This document shows, one piece after another, positions 1-7,004 of a stretch of DNA of 23,034 nt. Where the stretch lies: the NCBI GenBank assembly GCA_965371515.1, contig CBDUYR010000044.1:1-23034 (forward strand). Reading direction: 5' to 3'. Every line of letters starts with the position of its first letter. Within the stretch, counting starts at the first letter, position 1. Below the pieces are notes generated by a model. That model was not told the DNA's origin. It did not search any database and saw only the letters and a program-made list of their open reading frames with translations. The position numbers and the translations under genes are program-made. Source of the stretch: an uncultured bacterium (GTDB lineage: Bacteria > Krumholzibacteriota > Krumholzibacteriia > Krumholzibacteriales > Krumholzibacteriaceae).

Positions 1-2
1 AA

Positions 3-79
3 TGGCGCCCCCGGCATGACTCGAACATGCGACACCCGGTTTAGGAAACCGGTGCTCTATCCACCTGAGCTACGGGGGC
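3..79 (-). tRNA. tRNA-Arg(CCT)
   Basis: Reverse complement folds as a cloverleaf: GCCCCCG/CGGGGGC acceptor stem, CCGGT-TTCCTAA-ACCGG anticodon arm, TTCGAGT T-loop, discriminator G, encoded CCA; 77 nt. Confidence 0.97.
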
Positions 80-97
80 GTTTATTTCATAACGGGA

Positions 98-126
98 ATA
101 TTAAGTATCAACAGCATGAAAGGCAA
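98..126 (-). promoter_or_regulatory. Putative sigma70 promoter for tRNA-Arg
   Basis: TTGCCT (126-121), 17-nt spacer, TAATAT (103-98) in the AT-rich gap between apt and the tRNA. Confidence 0.55.
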
Positions 127-134
127 ACAGTTTA

Positions 135-653
135 TCAATAGATCAGCAGGGAGAATATTTCCCTGTCCCCGAGTTTCTCTCTCCCTTTCAGATCTGAAAG
201 CTCTATGACGAAAGCAATCTCCTCCACCTTCCCCCCCACACTTTCGAGGAGTTCCGCCGCTGCCGCTGCCGTCCCGCCGGTAGCAAGAAGATCGTCAACG
301 AGGAGTATCCTGTCTCCCTCGGAGACGGCGTCTTCATGCATCTCTAAGGCAGCTTCGCCGTATTCGAGGCTGTAGCTCTTCGACACAGTTTTCCAGGGAA
401 GTTTTCCCGGTTTTCTAAGGGGGATCATGCCGATGCCGAGCCTGTATGCGAGGACCGAGGCGAAGAAGAAGCCTCGCGCTTCTATCCCCGCGATCTTGTC
501 GATCTCCCTGTCTTCGTATCTTTCAACGAGGCTGTCGCAGATGCTCATAAAGGGGACCGGATCGAGGAGCGCCGGAGTTATGTCCCTGAACAGTATGCCC
601 TTCTCGGGGAAATCCGGGATGTCACGGATCCACTTGCTGATGTCAGGTTTCAT
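135..653 (-). CDS. apt: Adenine phosphoribosyltransferase
   Basis: IRDIPDFPEKGILFRDITP, GIEARGF, RKPGKLP, YSLEYG and the PRPP motif LVDDLLATGGT. Start set at ATG 653 behind AAGGAGGG. Confidence 0.96.
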   Translation of the reverse strand: MKPDISKWIRDIPDFPEKGILFRDITPALLDPVPFMSICDSLVERYEDREIDKIAGIEARGFFFASVLAYRLGIGMIPLRKPGKLPWKTVSKSYSLEYGEAALEMHEDAVSEGDRILLVDDLLATGGTAAAAAELLESVGGKVEEIAFVIELSDLKGREKLGDREIFSLLIY

Positions 654-663
654 TTTCCCTCCT

Positions 664-1485
664 TTATTCTTTATTGTTTGTCTTATCGGGCTCAACGAGG
701 AATTTCAGTTTTCTGAGGGCGCGCATCTCGAGCTGCCTGACCCTTTCTCTTGACACATCTATGAGTTTCCCCGTCTCGGCAAGGGTCCTGGGTTCTCCGT
801 CATCGAATCCGTACCTTACCCTTATGATAAACCTTTCCCTCTCCGACAAGCGGTCGAGCAGTGACGAGAGTTCTTCGTGCTCTATCTGGCTGAGGACTAT
901 CGTTTCCGGGTCGGCGTAATCAACAGCCTCGAGCTTGGTTGCCAGCTGGCTGTAGGTGTCGATTGAACTGGAAAGGTCGAGAGCCCGGATGTCGCGGACC
1001 AGCTTCTCGAGCGTCTTGAACCGCTTATTCGATATTCCGAGAGCAGATGCCTTTTCTTTGGACGTACTGTACTTTCTCGAGTTCTCGATTCCCATGTATT
1101 TGGTCATCAGCTGAAAGACGTGGATCGGGATCCTGATCGTCCTGGAGTAGTTCGATATCGCCCTGACAATAGCCTGGCGTATCCACCATGACGAATACGT
1201 GCTGAAACGGAATCCCTTCTCCGGATCGAACCTGCTTACCGCCTTTATCAATCCGAGATTTCCTTCCTCTATCAGGTCAAGAAAAGGAACGCCGTAAGAT
1301 GAGTACGATTTGGCGATGGTGATGACGAGCTTGAGGTTGCTTACGATCAACTTCTTCCTTGCTTCCTCGTCACCGGCAAGCGCCTTTCTGGAGAGATCCC
1401 TCTCTTGCTCCTTAGTGAGAACGGGATATCGGCTGATATCCTGGAAATATTGTCTCTGTATGTCGTCGCGGTGTTTTCCGGTCAT
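664..1485 (-). CDS. Group-2 sigma70-family factor, RpoS-like
   Basis: Regions 1.2, 2 (LDLIEEGNLGLIKAVSRFDPEKGFRFSTYSSWWIRQAI) and 4 (VSRERVRQLEMRALRKL) present; no region 1.1. It follows the M23 gene with an ATGA overlap, as in nlpD-rpoS. Confidence 0.88.
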   Translation of the reverse strand: MTGKHRDDIQRQYFQDISRYPVLTKEQERDLSRKALAGDEEARKKLIVSNLKLVITIAKSYSSYGVPFLDLIEEGNLGLIKAVSRFDPEKGFRFSTYSSWWIRQAIVRAISNYSRTIRIPIHVFQLMTKYMGIENSRKYSTSKEKASALGISNKRFKTLEKLVRDIRALDLSSSIDTYSQLATKLEAVDYADPETIVLSQIEHEELSSLLDRLSERERFIIRVRYGFDDGEPRTLAETGKLIDVSRERVRQLEMRALRKLKFLVEPDKTNNKE

Positions 1486-2054
1486 CTTATCTCCATGTGA
1501 TCGAGAGGATCGACCGCCTCTCCGGATATTCTCAATTCAAAATGCAGATGGGAGCCCGTTGCATTTCCGCTCACCCCTACCTTTCCTATACGCTGTCCGC
1601 TTTCCACATGATTCCCTTTGCGGACGGCCGTTTCAGCGAGATGGGCGTAGACGGAGGATATGTCCCTTCCGTGATCGATGATAACAACTTTCCCGTACCC
1701 TTTCTGCCTACCGGCATATGTTACCCTGCCGGCGGCTGCGGCAAAGACAGCATCCCCGGTCTCAGCTTCGAAGTCCACGCCCTGGTGGAATTCCTGCGTT
1801 CCGTATGATGGGTGCATTCTCATGCCGAAGGGGCTGTTTATCTTCACGACGCCAGTTCCGCCGAGCGGATTTCTCAGAACTATGTCCAGATCTTCGCGGC
1901 CCTGTTCCTCATACTCTTTCGAAGAAGTCCGGGTTTCAGCAGCCCGTTTTCCGGTGTTCCCGCGATAGAGTGGCGAAGGCGTGCAGGAAACAATCAGAAA
2001 AGCGCACAGTATGATTAATAATATGGATTGGTTTAGCGAAATCCGGCATGGCAT
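1482..2054 (-). CDS. M23 family metallopeptidase lipoprotein (NlpD-position gene, no LysM seen)
   Basis: HQGVDF (HxxxD) and HLHFE zinc motifs, GYGKVVIIDHG, YAHL; hydrophobic N-terminus ending in lipobox LIVS-C. Start moved to ATG 2054 because the longer ORF runs through a tRNA; the exact start is uncertain. Confidence 0.85.
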   Translation of the reverse strand: MPCRISLNQSILLIILCAFLIVSCTPSPLYRGNTGKRAAETRTSSKEYEEQGREDLDIVLRNPLGGTGVVKINSPFGMRMHPSYGTQEFHQGVDFEAETGDAVFAAAAGRVTYAGRQKGYGKVVIIDHGRDISSVYAHLAETAVRKGNHVESGQRIGKVGVSGNATGSHLHFELRISGEAVDPLDHMEIR

Positions 2055-2062
2055 TACAATAG

Positions 2063-2140
2063 TGGTCGGGGTGACTGGAATTGAACCAGCGACCTCCTGC
2101 TCCCGAAGCAGGCGCGCTAACCGAACTGCGCTACACCCCG
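2063..2140 (-). tRNA. tRNA-Pro(CGG)
   Basis: CGGGGTG/CACCCCG acceptor stem, CCTGC-TTCGGGA-GCAGG anticodon arm, TTCAATT T-loop, ACCA end; 78 nt. Confidence 0.96.
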
Positions 2141-2152
2141 ACGACAATCGAT

Positions 2153-2181
2153 AAAATATCATTTATCACGTTCCAACACAA
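2153..2181 (-). promoter_or_regulatory. Possible sigma70 promoter for tRNA-Pro(CGG) and the downstream M23-sigma-apt genes
   Basis: TTGTGT, 17 nt, TATTTT with an extended -10 TG, in an AT-rich gap. Confidence 0.4.
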
Positions 2182-2191
2182 ATCATTTCGG

Positions 2192-2689
2192 TTACGCTTT
2201 TCCCTCTATCCCCCAGAAAGATATGACCCCCATGCTGGCCAGGGTGACAATGCATCCCGCTATCATTATACCAAGCAGTATTGCTAGTACGGCCTTCTTT
2301 CGGGGAACGTCAAATATTATCGCTGCGGCGCTTCCGGTCCAGGCCCCGGTAACTGGCAGCGGTATGGCTACGAACATGGCGAGCCCGATCGTTTCGAACC
2401 GCTCGATAAGTTTCCCCTTCCTCCTAGTCCTGTTGAAGAACCAGGTGAAAAACTTGTCTCCCAGGGGATATCTCATGAGCCATTCCGAGGACTTCTCCAT
2501 GAACAGCAGGAGTGGAATCACAGGGAGGAAGTTGCCGAGAACAGCAATGATATACGCTTCTTTCCAGCCGAGGTTTCCTATCCAGAGCGCATATGGTATT
2601 GCCCCCCTCAATTCAGAGATGGGAAGCATGGCGATGAGAAAGGTTATCACCTTTGGTGAAAGATTGAGGGCAATAGCGAAAAAGGGCAT
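2192..2689 (-). CDS. Small multidrug export-like membrane protein (COG2426-type)
   Basis: Family motifs MLPISELRGAIP, GNFLPV and FVAIPLPVTGAWTG; several hydrophobic helices; AAGGAG upstream (TTG 2692 is an alternative start). Confidence 0.85.
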   Translation of the reverse strand: MPFFAIALNLSPKVITFLIAMLPISELRGAIPYALWIGNLGWKEAYIIAVLGNFLPVIPLLLFMEKSSEWLMRYPLGDKFFTWFFNRTRRKGKLIERFETIGLAMFVAIPLPVTGAWTGSAAAIIFDVPRKKAVLAILLGIMIAGCIVTLASMGVISFWGIEGKA

Positions 2690-2693
2690 CAAA

Positions 2694-3326
2694 TCAGCCA
2701 ACTCCTTTAAGAAGGGGAACGAATGAGCATCTGGAGAGTTTCTGCTCCTTGATATCTTCACCCGTTTTGCTGTAAAGCACGAGCTGTTCCTCCACGTCCT
2801 GGACCGGTGCGATGAGATATCCCCCGTCGGCAAGCTGCGACATTAGCTCTTCGGGACGCTCACTCATGGCAGCCGATACGATGATCTTGTCGAACGGAGC
2901 GTAATACGGCCATCCGGCCGATCCGTCTCCCGCCCTGAGCCTGATCCTGCCCGTCGGGATCTTTTTCAGCACTGTCTCGGCCGCCGCGCTGAGGGCCTCG
3001 ATCCTTTCTATGGAGCATATTTCCCTCGCTATCAGGGAGAGGATCGCCGTCTGGTAGCCGGAGCCTGTTCCTATCTCGAGGATCCGGTCGGTACTTGCTA
3101 TTCCGAGATGCTGCATCATCGCCGCCTGTATAAAGGGCTGCGAGATCGTCTGGTTGTACCCTATAGGGAACGAGCACCCGTCATATGCACGGGACCTGAT
3201 GGCTGGATCGACGAACAGATGACGCGGGACGGTGAGAAAGGCCTCGATTATTCGCTCGTCCCTTATGCCTCGGGCTACGAGCTGCTCCTCCACCATCCGC
3301 CTTCTTGCTATCCCGTAATCGGTCAT
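2694..3326 (-). CDS. pcm: Protein-L-isoaspartate O-methyltransferase
   Basis: RRRMVEEQL, VPRHLFV, QTISQP, LEIGTGSGYQTAIL, APFDKIIVSAA, FVPL; ATGA overlap with the surE stop. Confidence 0.96.
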   Translation of the reverse strand: MTDYGIARRRMVEEQLVARGIRDERIIEAFLTVPRHLFVDPAIRSRAYDGCSFPIGYNQTISQPFIQAAMMQHLGIASTDRILEIGTGSGYQTAILSLIAREICSIERIEALSAAAETVLKKIPTGRIRLRAGDGSAGWPYYAPFDKIIVSAAMSERPEELMSQLADGGYLIAPVQDVEEQLVLYSKTGEDIKEQKLSRCSFVPLLKGVG

Positions 3327-4084
3327 GGTCTCCAGTCGAGTTTCCACTGTTCGAGCTCGATGATGCTCTTGTGATTGGTCATGTCGACCTTGAGAGGAGT
3401 GACTGATATGTAGCCACCGCTTACCGCGGAGAAGTCGGATTTCTCGTCCAGGCGCCAGCCCGGTTTCCCCCCTCCTATCCAGAAATAGTCCTTACCCCTC
3501 GGGTCGGTATTCTTGACGATTGAGTCGTTATATACCCTCGATCCGAGCTTCGTGACACGTATCCCTTTGAGTTTTTCCTCTGGGAGAGGGGGTATGTTGA
3601 CGTTCCACATAAACGCCTCCCCCATACCTTCCCTGTTCAGCATGCGAGAAGCGAGATAGCGTGAGATGTTTCCCGCGGCTTCGAACGAGTCCGGGTCCCA
3701 GGACGTGATCGATATCGCAATCGAGTCTATGCCGAGGATGTTGCCTTCAATCGCCGCGGCTACCGTACCCGAGTATGTAACGTCCTCCCCCATGTTCGGG
3801 CCGTGGTTTATCCCCGACACGATGAGGTCGGGTATGGCATCGAGGATTCTGTTGACGGCAAGCAGCACGCAGTCGGTCGGCGTGCCTGTCACACTGTATC
3901 TGTTTTCAGAGTATTCCTTTATGCGCAGTGGCCTGTCGAGGGTTATGGCGTGGCTAGTGGCGCTCTGCTCGTTCTCGGGAGCGACCATCACGATCCTTCC
4001 CAGTCCGGAAAGGGAACTCTCGAGAGTCTTCAGGCCCGCTGCCCTTATTCCGTCGTCATTCGTTATGAGAATCGTCTTTTCCAT
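3323..4084 (-). CDS. surE: 5'/3'-nucleotidase SurE
   Basis: ILITNDDG, GTPTDCV, SGINHGPNMG, YSGTVAAA, DPRGKDYFWIGG, ISVTPL. Start trimmed to ATG 4084. Confidence 0.96.
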   Translation of the reverse strand: MEKTILITNDDGIRAAGLKTLESSLSGLGRIVMVAPENEQSATSHAITLDRPLRIKEYSENRYSVTGTPTDCVLLAVNRILDAIPDLIVSGINHGPNMGEDVTYSGTVAAAIEGNILGIDSIAISITSWDPDSFEAAGNISRYLASRMLNREGMGEAFMWNVNIPPLPEEKLKGIRVTKLGSRVYNDSIVKNTDPRGKDYFWIGGGKPGWRLDEKSDFSAVSGGYISVTPLKVDMTNHKSIIELEQWKLDWRP

Positions 4085-4097
4085 ATGGAAGCGGATA

Positions 4098-4775
4098 TTA
4101 CCAGAGAAAGCTCCGGATGACCAGTTTAAGGAATCGCCATGTGTCCACAAGTGGATTGATTTTGCTCTTTTCTTCTCCGTAGATCGTGGCAATCGGTACA
4201 GATACGATAACGGCTCCAAGGCGTGCGGCCTTGATAAGGATCTCGCTCTCAAGATCGAAATTGCGGGTCACCAGATTCAGTTTATTTACCATGGAGAGCC
4301 TCAGCAACCGGTATCCAGACTGGCTGTCATCGATCCTTACTCCGGCCCGCAGGCTGATGACTGTCGAAGTGAACCAGTTTGTGAATTTTCGAAGCGCCGG
4401 CATTCCCGTGGTATCGGCCATCCTGCTGCCGATGACTATATCGGCCTTGCTTTCGCGGTAGGCGCAAATGAATGAGGACATTTCACCTGGAGAGTGCTGA
4501 CCGTCGGCGTCCAGGGTGAACACAGCCTCGACACCGGGCTTCTCCGTCATAAGCCCGAAGCCCTTCAGGAGAGTGGCGCCCTTTCCGAGATTTACTGGAT
4601 TCCTGACGACCTTGACTCCCAAACCCTCGGCCTCTGCCACCGTGCCGTCAGACGAGCCGTCATCTATCACCAGGATATTCGAGGCCGGGATCTGTTCGGC
4701 TACGCCAAGGATTACGCCCTTGATATGTACATCTTCGTTGAAAGCCGGTATCACTGCGCCGAATTCCTCGTTCAA
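4098..4775 (-). CDS. Family 2 glycosyltransferase (DPM1/polyprenol-phosphate glycosyltransferase-like)
   Basis: VIPAFNE, VIDDGSSDGT, NLGKG, LDADGQH, IGSR, DSQSGYR; TTG start 7 nt after GGAGG. Confidence 0.9.
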   Translation of the reverse strand: MNEEFGAVIPAFNEDVHIKGVILGVAEQIPASNILVIDDGSSDGTVAEAEGLGVKVVRNPVNLGKGATLLKGFGLMTEKPGVEAVFTLDADGQHSPGEMSSFICAYRESKADIVIGSRMADTTGMPALRKFTNWFTSTVISLRAGVRIDDSQSGYRLLRLSMVNKLNLVTRNFDLESEILIKAARLGAVIVSVPIATIYGEEKSKINPLVDTWRFLKLVIRSFLW

Positions 4776-4838
4776 GGACCGTCCTCCGTTTCGGGATGCT
4801 GGGGAGCATCGACATGAAAAGCCCCCCGGAATGAAGAT

Positions 4839-4915
4839 TGGTCGGGGCGACTGGATTCGAACCAGCGACCACTTGCCCCCCATGCAAGTGCGCTACCGGA
4901 CTGCGCCACGCCCCG
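4839..4915 (-). tRNA. tRNA-Pro(GGG)
   Basis: CGGGGCG/CGCCCCG acceptor stem, CTTGC-ATGGGGG-GCAAG anticodon arm, TTCGAAT T-loop, ACCA end; 77 nt. Confidence 0.95.
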
Positions 4916-4925
4916 ACCAGACCAT

Positions 4926-4955
4926 AATATATATCGGTTGCGACTCGATTTACAA
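4926..4955 (-). promoter_or_regulatory. Possible sigma70 promoter for tRNA-Pro(GGG)
   Basis: TTGTAA, 18 nt, TATATT, ending 10 nt upstream of the mature tRNA. Confidence 0.45.
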
Positions 4956-4973
4956 GGTTGATTTTCCGGCCTG

Positions 4974-5336
4974 CTAGAGGCTCTTGACAATCTCTTTCAG
5001 CTCGAGAAGGTCCTGCTTCAGCGAAAGCAGTCTCTCTCTCCTTGATGGATCGGCGAAAGGGATTGCCAGTTGCTCGATAAGGGCGTCGGGATTGTTGTTC
5101 GATTCCCTCAGTTTCTGGCGTGCTCCCGCGATTGTGTAACCTCTCTCGTAGAGCAGGCTCTTGATCGTCATCAGGAACTTGATGTCCCTCACCTTATAGG
5201 TCCTGTTTCCGGCCCTGTTCTTCTTGGGCTTGAGCATGGGAAACTGGGTTTCCCAGTATCTCAGAACATGAGCTTTTACATCGAGAAGTTCACTGACCTC
5301 CCCGATCGAGTAGTATAGTTTCTGAACTTTCATCAT
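4974..5336 (-). CDS. MerR-type winged-HTH protein (type usually found next to ihfA and tRNA-Pro)
   Basis: [51 protein letters not shown]-terminal coiled coil; no cysteines. Confidence 0.9.
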   Translation of the reverse strand: MMKVQKLYYSIGEVSELLDVKAHVLRYWETQFPMLKPKKNRAGNRTYKVRDIKFLMTIKSLLYERGYTIAGARQKLRESNNNPDALIEQLAIPFADPSRRERLLSLKQDLLELKEIVKSL

Positions 5337-5355
5337 ACTCTGGAACCTTTCCGTT

Positions 5356-6384
5356 TCAGCGATACATCTCCTTCTTTGCCTTCCGGACCATCAGGTCCCT
5401 GATAGCCTTCCTGGGATCTTTTCCGTAGAAAAGGACGCGGTACACCTGTTCGACGATCGGCAGCTCCACGCCAGCTCTCCGCGAAAGGGCCACTGCGGCC
5501 TTCGTCGTCTTCACGCCCTCGGCTACCATCACCATCCCGTCAAGGACCTCCTTGAGGCTCTTGCCCCGCCCGATTTGTTCTCCGACATATCTGTTTCTGC
5601 TGTGCCTGCTCATGCATGTCACGATGAGATCACCCACGCCGGCAAGACCACTGAGGGTCTCTTCCTTTCCGCCGAGCTTCGAGACGAGACGCTTGATCTC
5701 GGCCAGTCCACGCGTCAGGAGAGCGGCCTTCGTGTTGTCTCCGAATCCGAGCCCATCGCAGATGCCGGCTGCGATGGCTATCGTGTTCTTCAGGGAGACG
5801 CCCAGCTCGACGCCGATGAGATCTGTGTTCGTATACACCCTGAAATACTCGTTCATCAATATCTGCTGTGTCCTGTCGAGAATCTCATGGTTCGAGCCGG
5901 CGACCACTATCGAGGTGGGCATTTTCCTGCTTACTTCCTCGGCGTGGCTCGGGCCAAGTAACCCGACGATCCTGCCCTTGGTCTGGGGAAGCTCCTGTCC
6001 CAACACCTCGCTCATCCTGCAGAGACTTTTTTCTTCCAGACCCTTCGATGCGTTGATGATGACGAACGATTTACTGAACGACCTGGCGGAACGGACCAGA
6101 ACGGCAACGCTTCTGATCGTATGGCTCGGAGTTACGAAGAGCACATGAGAACAGCCTTCCAGGGCGAGTTCAAGGTCGGATGTTATTGTCACGGTGGCGG
6201 GTATCTCCACACCGGGAAGGTATTTTATGTTCTCCCTCTTTCTGGCAATCATGTCGGCAAGGTCGCTGAAGAACTCCCAGAGAACGACCTCGTGCCCGTT
6301 GTCGTTCAGCAGGATAGCGAGAGTGGTTCCCCAGCTGCCTGCTCCGAGGACCGCAATACGCTTCGATTTACTTATTTCCGCCAT
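5356..6384 (-). CDS. gpsA: NAD(P)H-dependent glycerol-3-phosphate dehydrogenase
   Basis: [54 protein letters not shown]. Start trimmed to ATG 6384. Confidence 0.96.
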   Translation of the reverse strand: MAEISKSKRIAVLGAGSWGTTLAILLNDNGHEVVLWEFFSDLADMIARKRENIKYLPGVEIPATVTITSDLELALEGCSHVLFVTPSHTIRSVAVLVRSARSFSKSFVIINASKGLEEKSLCRMSEVLGQELPQTKGRIVGLLGPSHAEEVSRKMPTSIVVAGSNHEILDRTQQILMNEYFRVYTNTDLIGVELGVSLKNTIAIAAGICDGLGFGDNTKAALLTRGLAEIKRLVSKLGGKEETLSGLAGVGDLIVTCMSRHSRNRYVGEQIGRGKSLKEVLDGMVMVAEGVKTTKAAVALSRRAGVELPIVEQVYRVLFYGKDPRKAIRDLMVRKAKKEMYR

Positions 6385-6389
6385 AATTG

Positions 6390-7004
6390 TCAGAATATCC
6401 TTTTCTCGGTTCCCTCCCGCAGCCTGCGGATATTGGCTCTGTGCTTGAAGATAACGAACAGCGTAGCCACCATAGAGAGATACAGGACCGAGACATGTGT
6501 AGAACAGGAAGCGAATCTGTTCATCAGCACGATAGCGACCGGAAGGAGTACAGAGGAAATCATGCTGGCTACCGATACTATCTTTGAAATCATCAGAATA
6601 AGGATCCACATTCCGAGGCAAACCAGGACGGCGCATGGTGACATTGCGAGGAAAGTTCCGGCGGTCGTACCAACACCCTTTCCTCCGGCGAAACCGACGA
6701 ACATCGAGTAATTATGTCCGATGATGACGACCAGTGCTGCTATGAGCATGTACTCATAGCCTTCGAGGCCGTACAACCCCACCAGTTTGACGGTAAGGTA
6801 GCCCTTTCCAATATCGGCGAGGAGCACCGGGATGGCTGCTCCTTTTCCCAGTACCCTGAAGGTGTTAGCCGCTCCGAGATTTCCGCTGCCGTGCTCTCTC
6901 AGATCTATCCCCCTGAGGAGCTTCCCGGCTATGTAGCTGAACGGTATCGCTCCCAGGAAATAACTCGTTACGAGAAGCAGCGCGATTCTCAATGCGGTAT
7001 CCAT
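6390..7004 (-). CDS. plsY: Glycerol-3-phosphate acyltransferase PlsY
   Basis: YFLGAIPF, DLREHGSGNLGAANTFR, DIGKG, GHNY...GGKGVGT, KHRANIRRL; TGATG overlap with der and AAGGAG upstream. Confidence 0.96.
   Translation of the reverse strand: MDTALRIALLLVTSYFLGAIPFSYIAGKLLRGIDLREHGSGNLGAANTFRVLGKGAAIPVLLADIGKGYLTVKLVGLYGLEGYEYMLIAALVVIIGHNYSMFVGFAGGKGVGTTAGTFLAMSPCAVLVCLGMWILILMISKIVSVASMISSVLLPVAIVLMNRFASCSTHVSVLYLSMVATLFVIFKHRANIRRLREGTEKRIF

Noticed and set aside
2055..2162. N-terminal extension of the M23 ORF, and similar ORFs crossing tRNAs (4776-4883, 4772-4990, 9665-9886)
   Set aside because: These translate tRNA sequence; better starts exist downstream.
4876..4883. Frameshift-suppressor (8-nt loop) interpretation of tRNA-Pro(GGG)
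   Set aside because: Counting gives a normal 5-bp stem and 7-nt loop.
2063..4915. Two similar tRNA-Pro sequences flanking GT2-surE-pcm-COG2426, resembling attL/attR of an island
   Set aside because: Both are complete tRNAs with different anticodons, the enclosed genes are mostly core, and there is no integrase.
6385..6636. Upstream extensions of gpsA (and of surE, pcm, apt, der and COG2426) that suggest long overlaps or fusions
   Set aside because: Family homology begins at the downstream starts; the extensions are other frames of the neighbouring genes.
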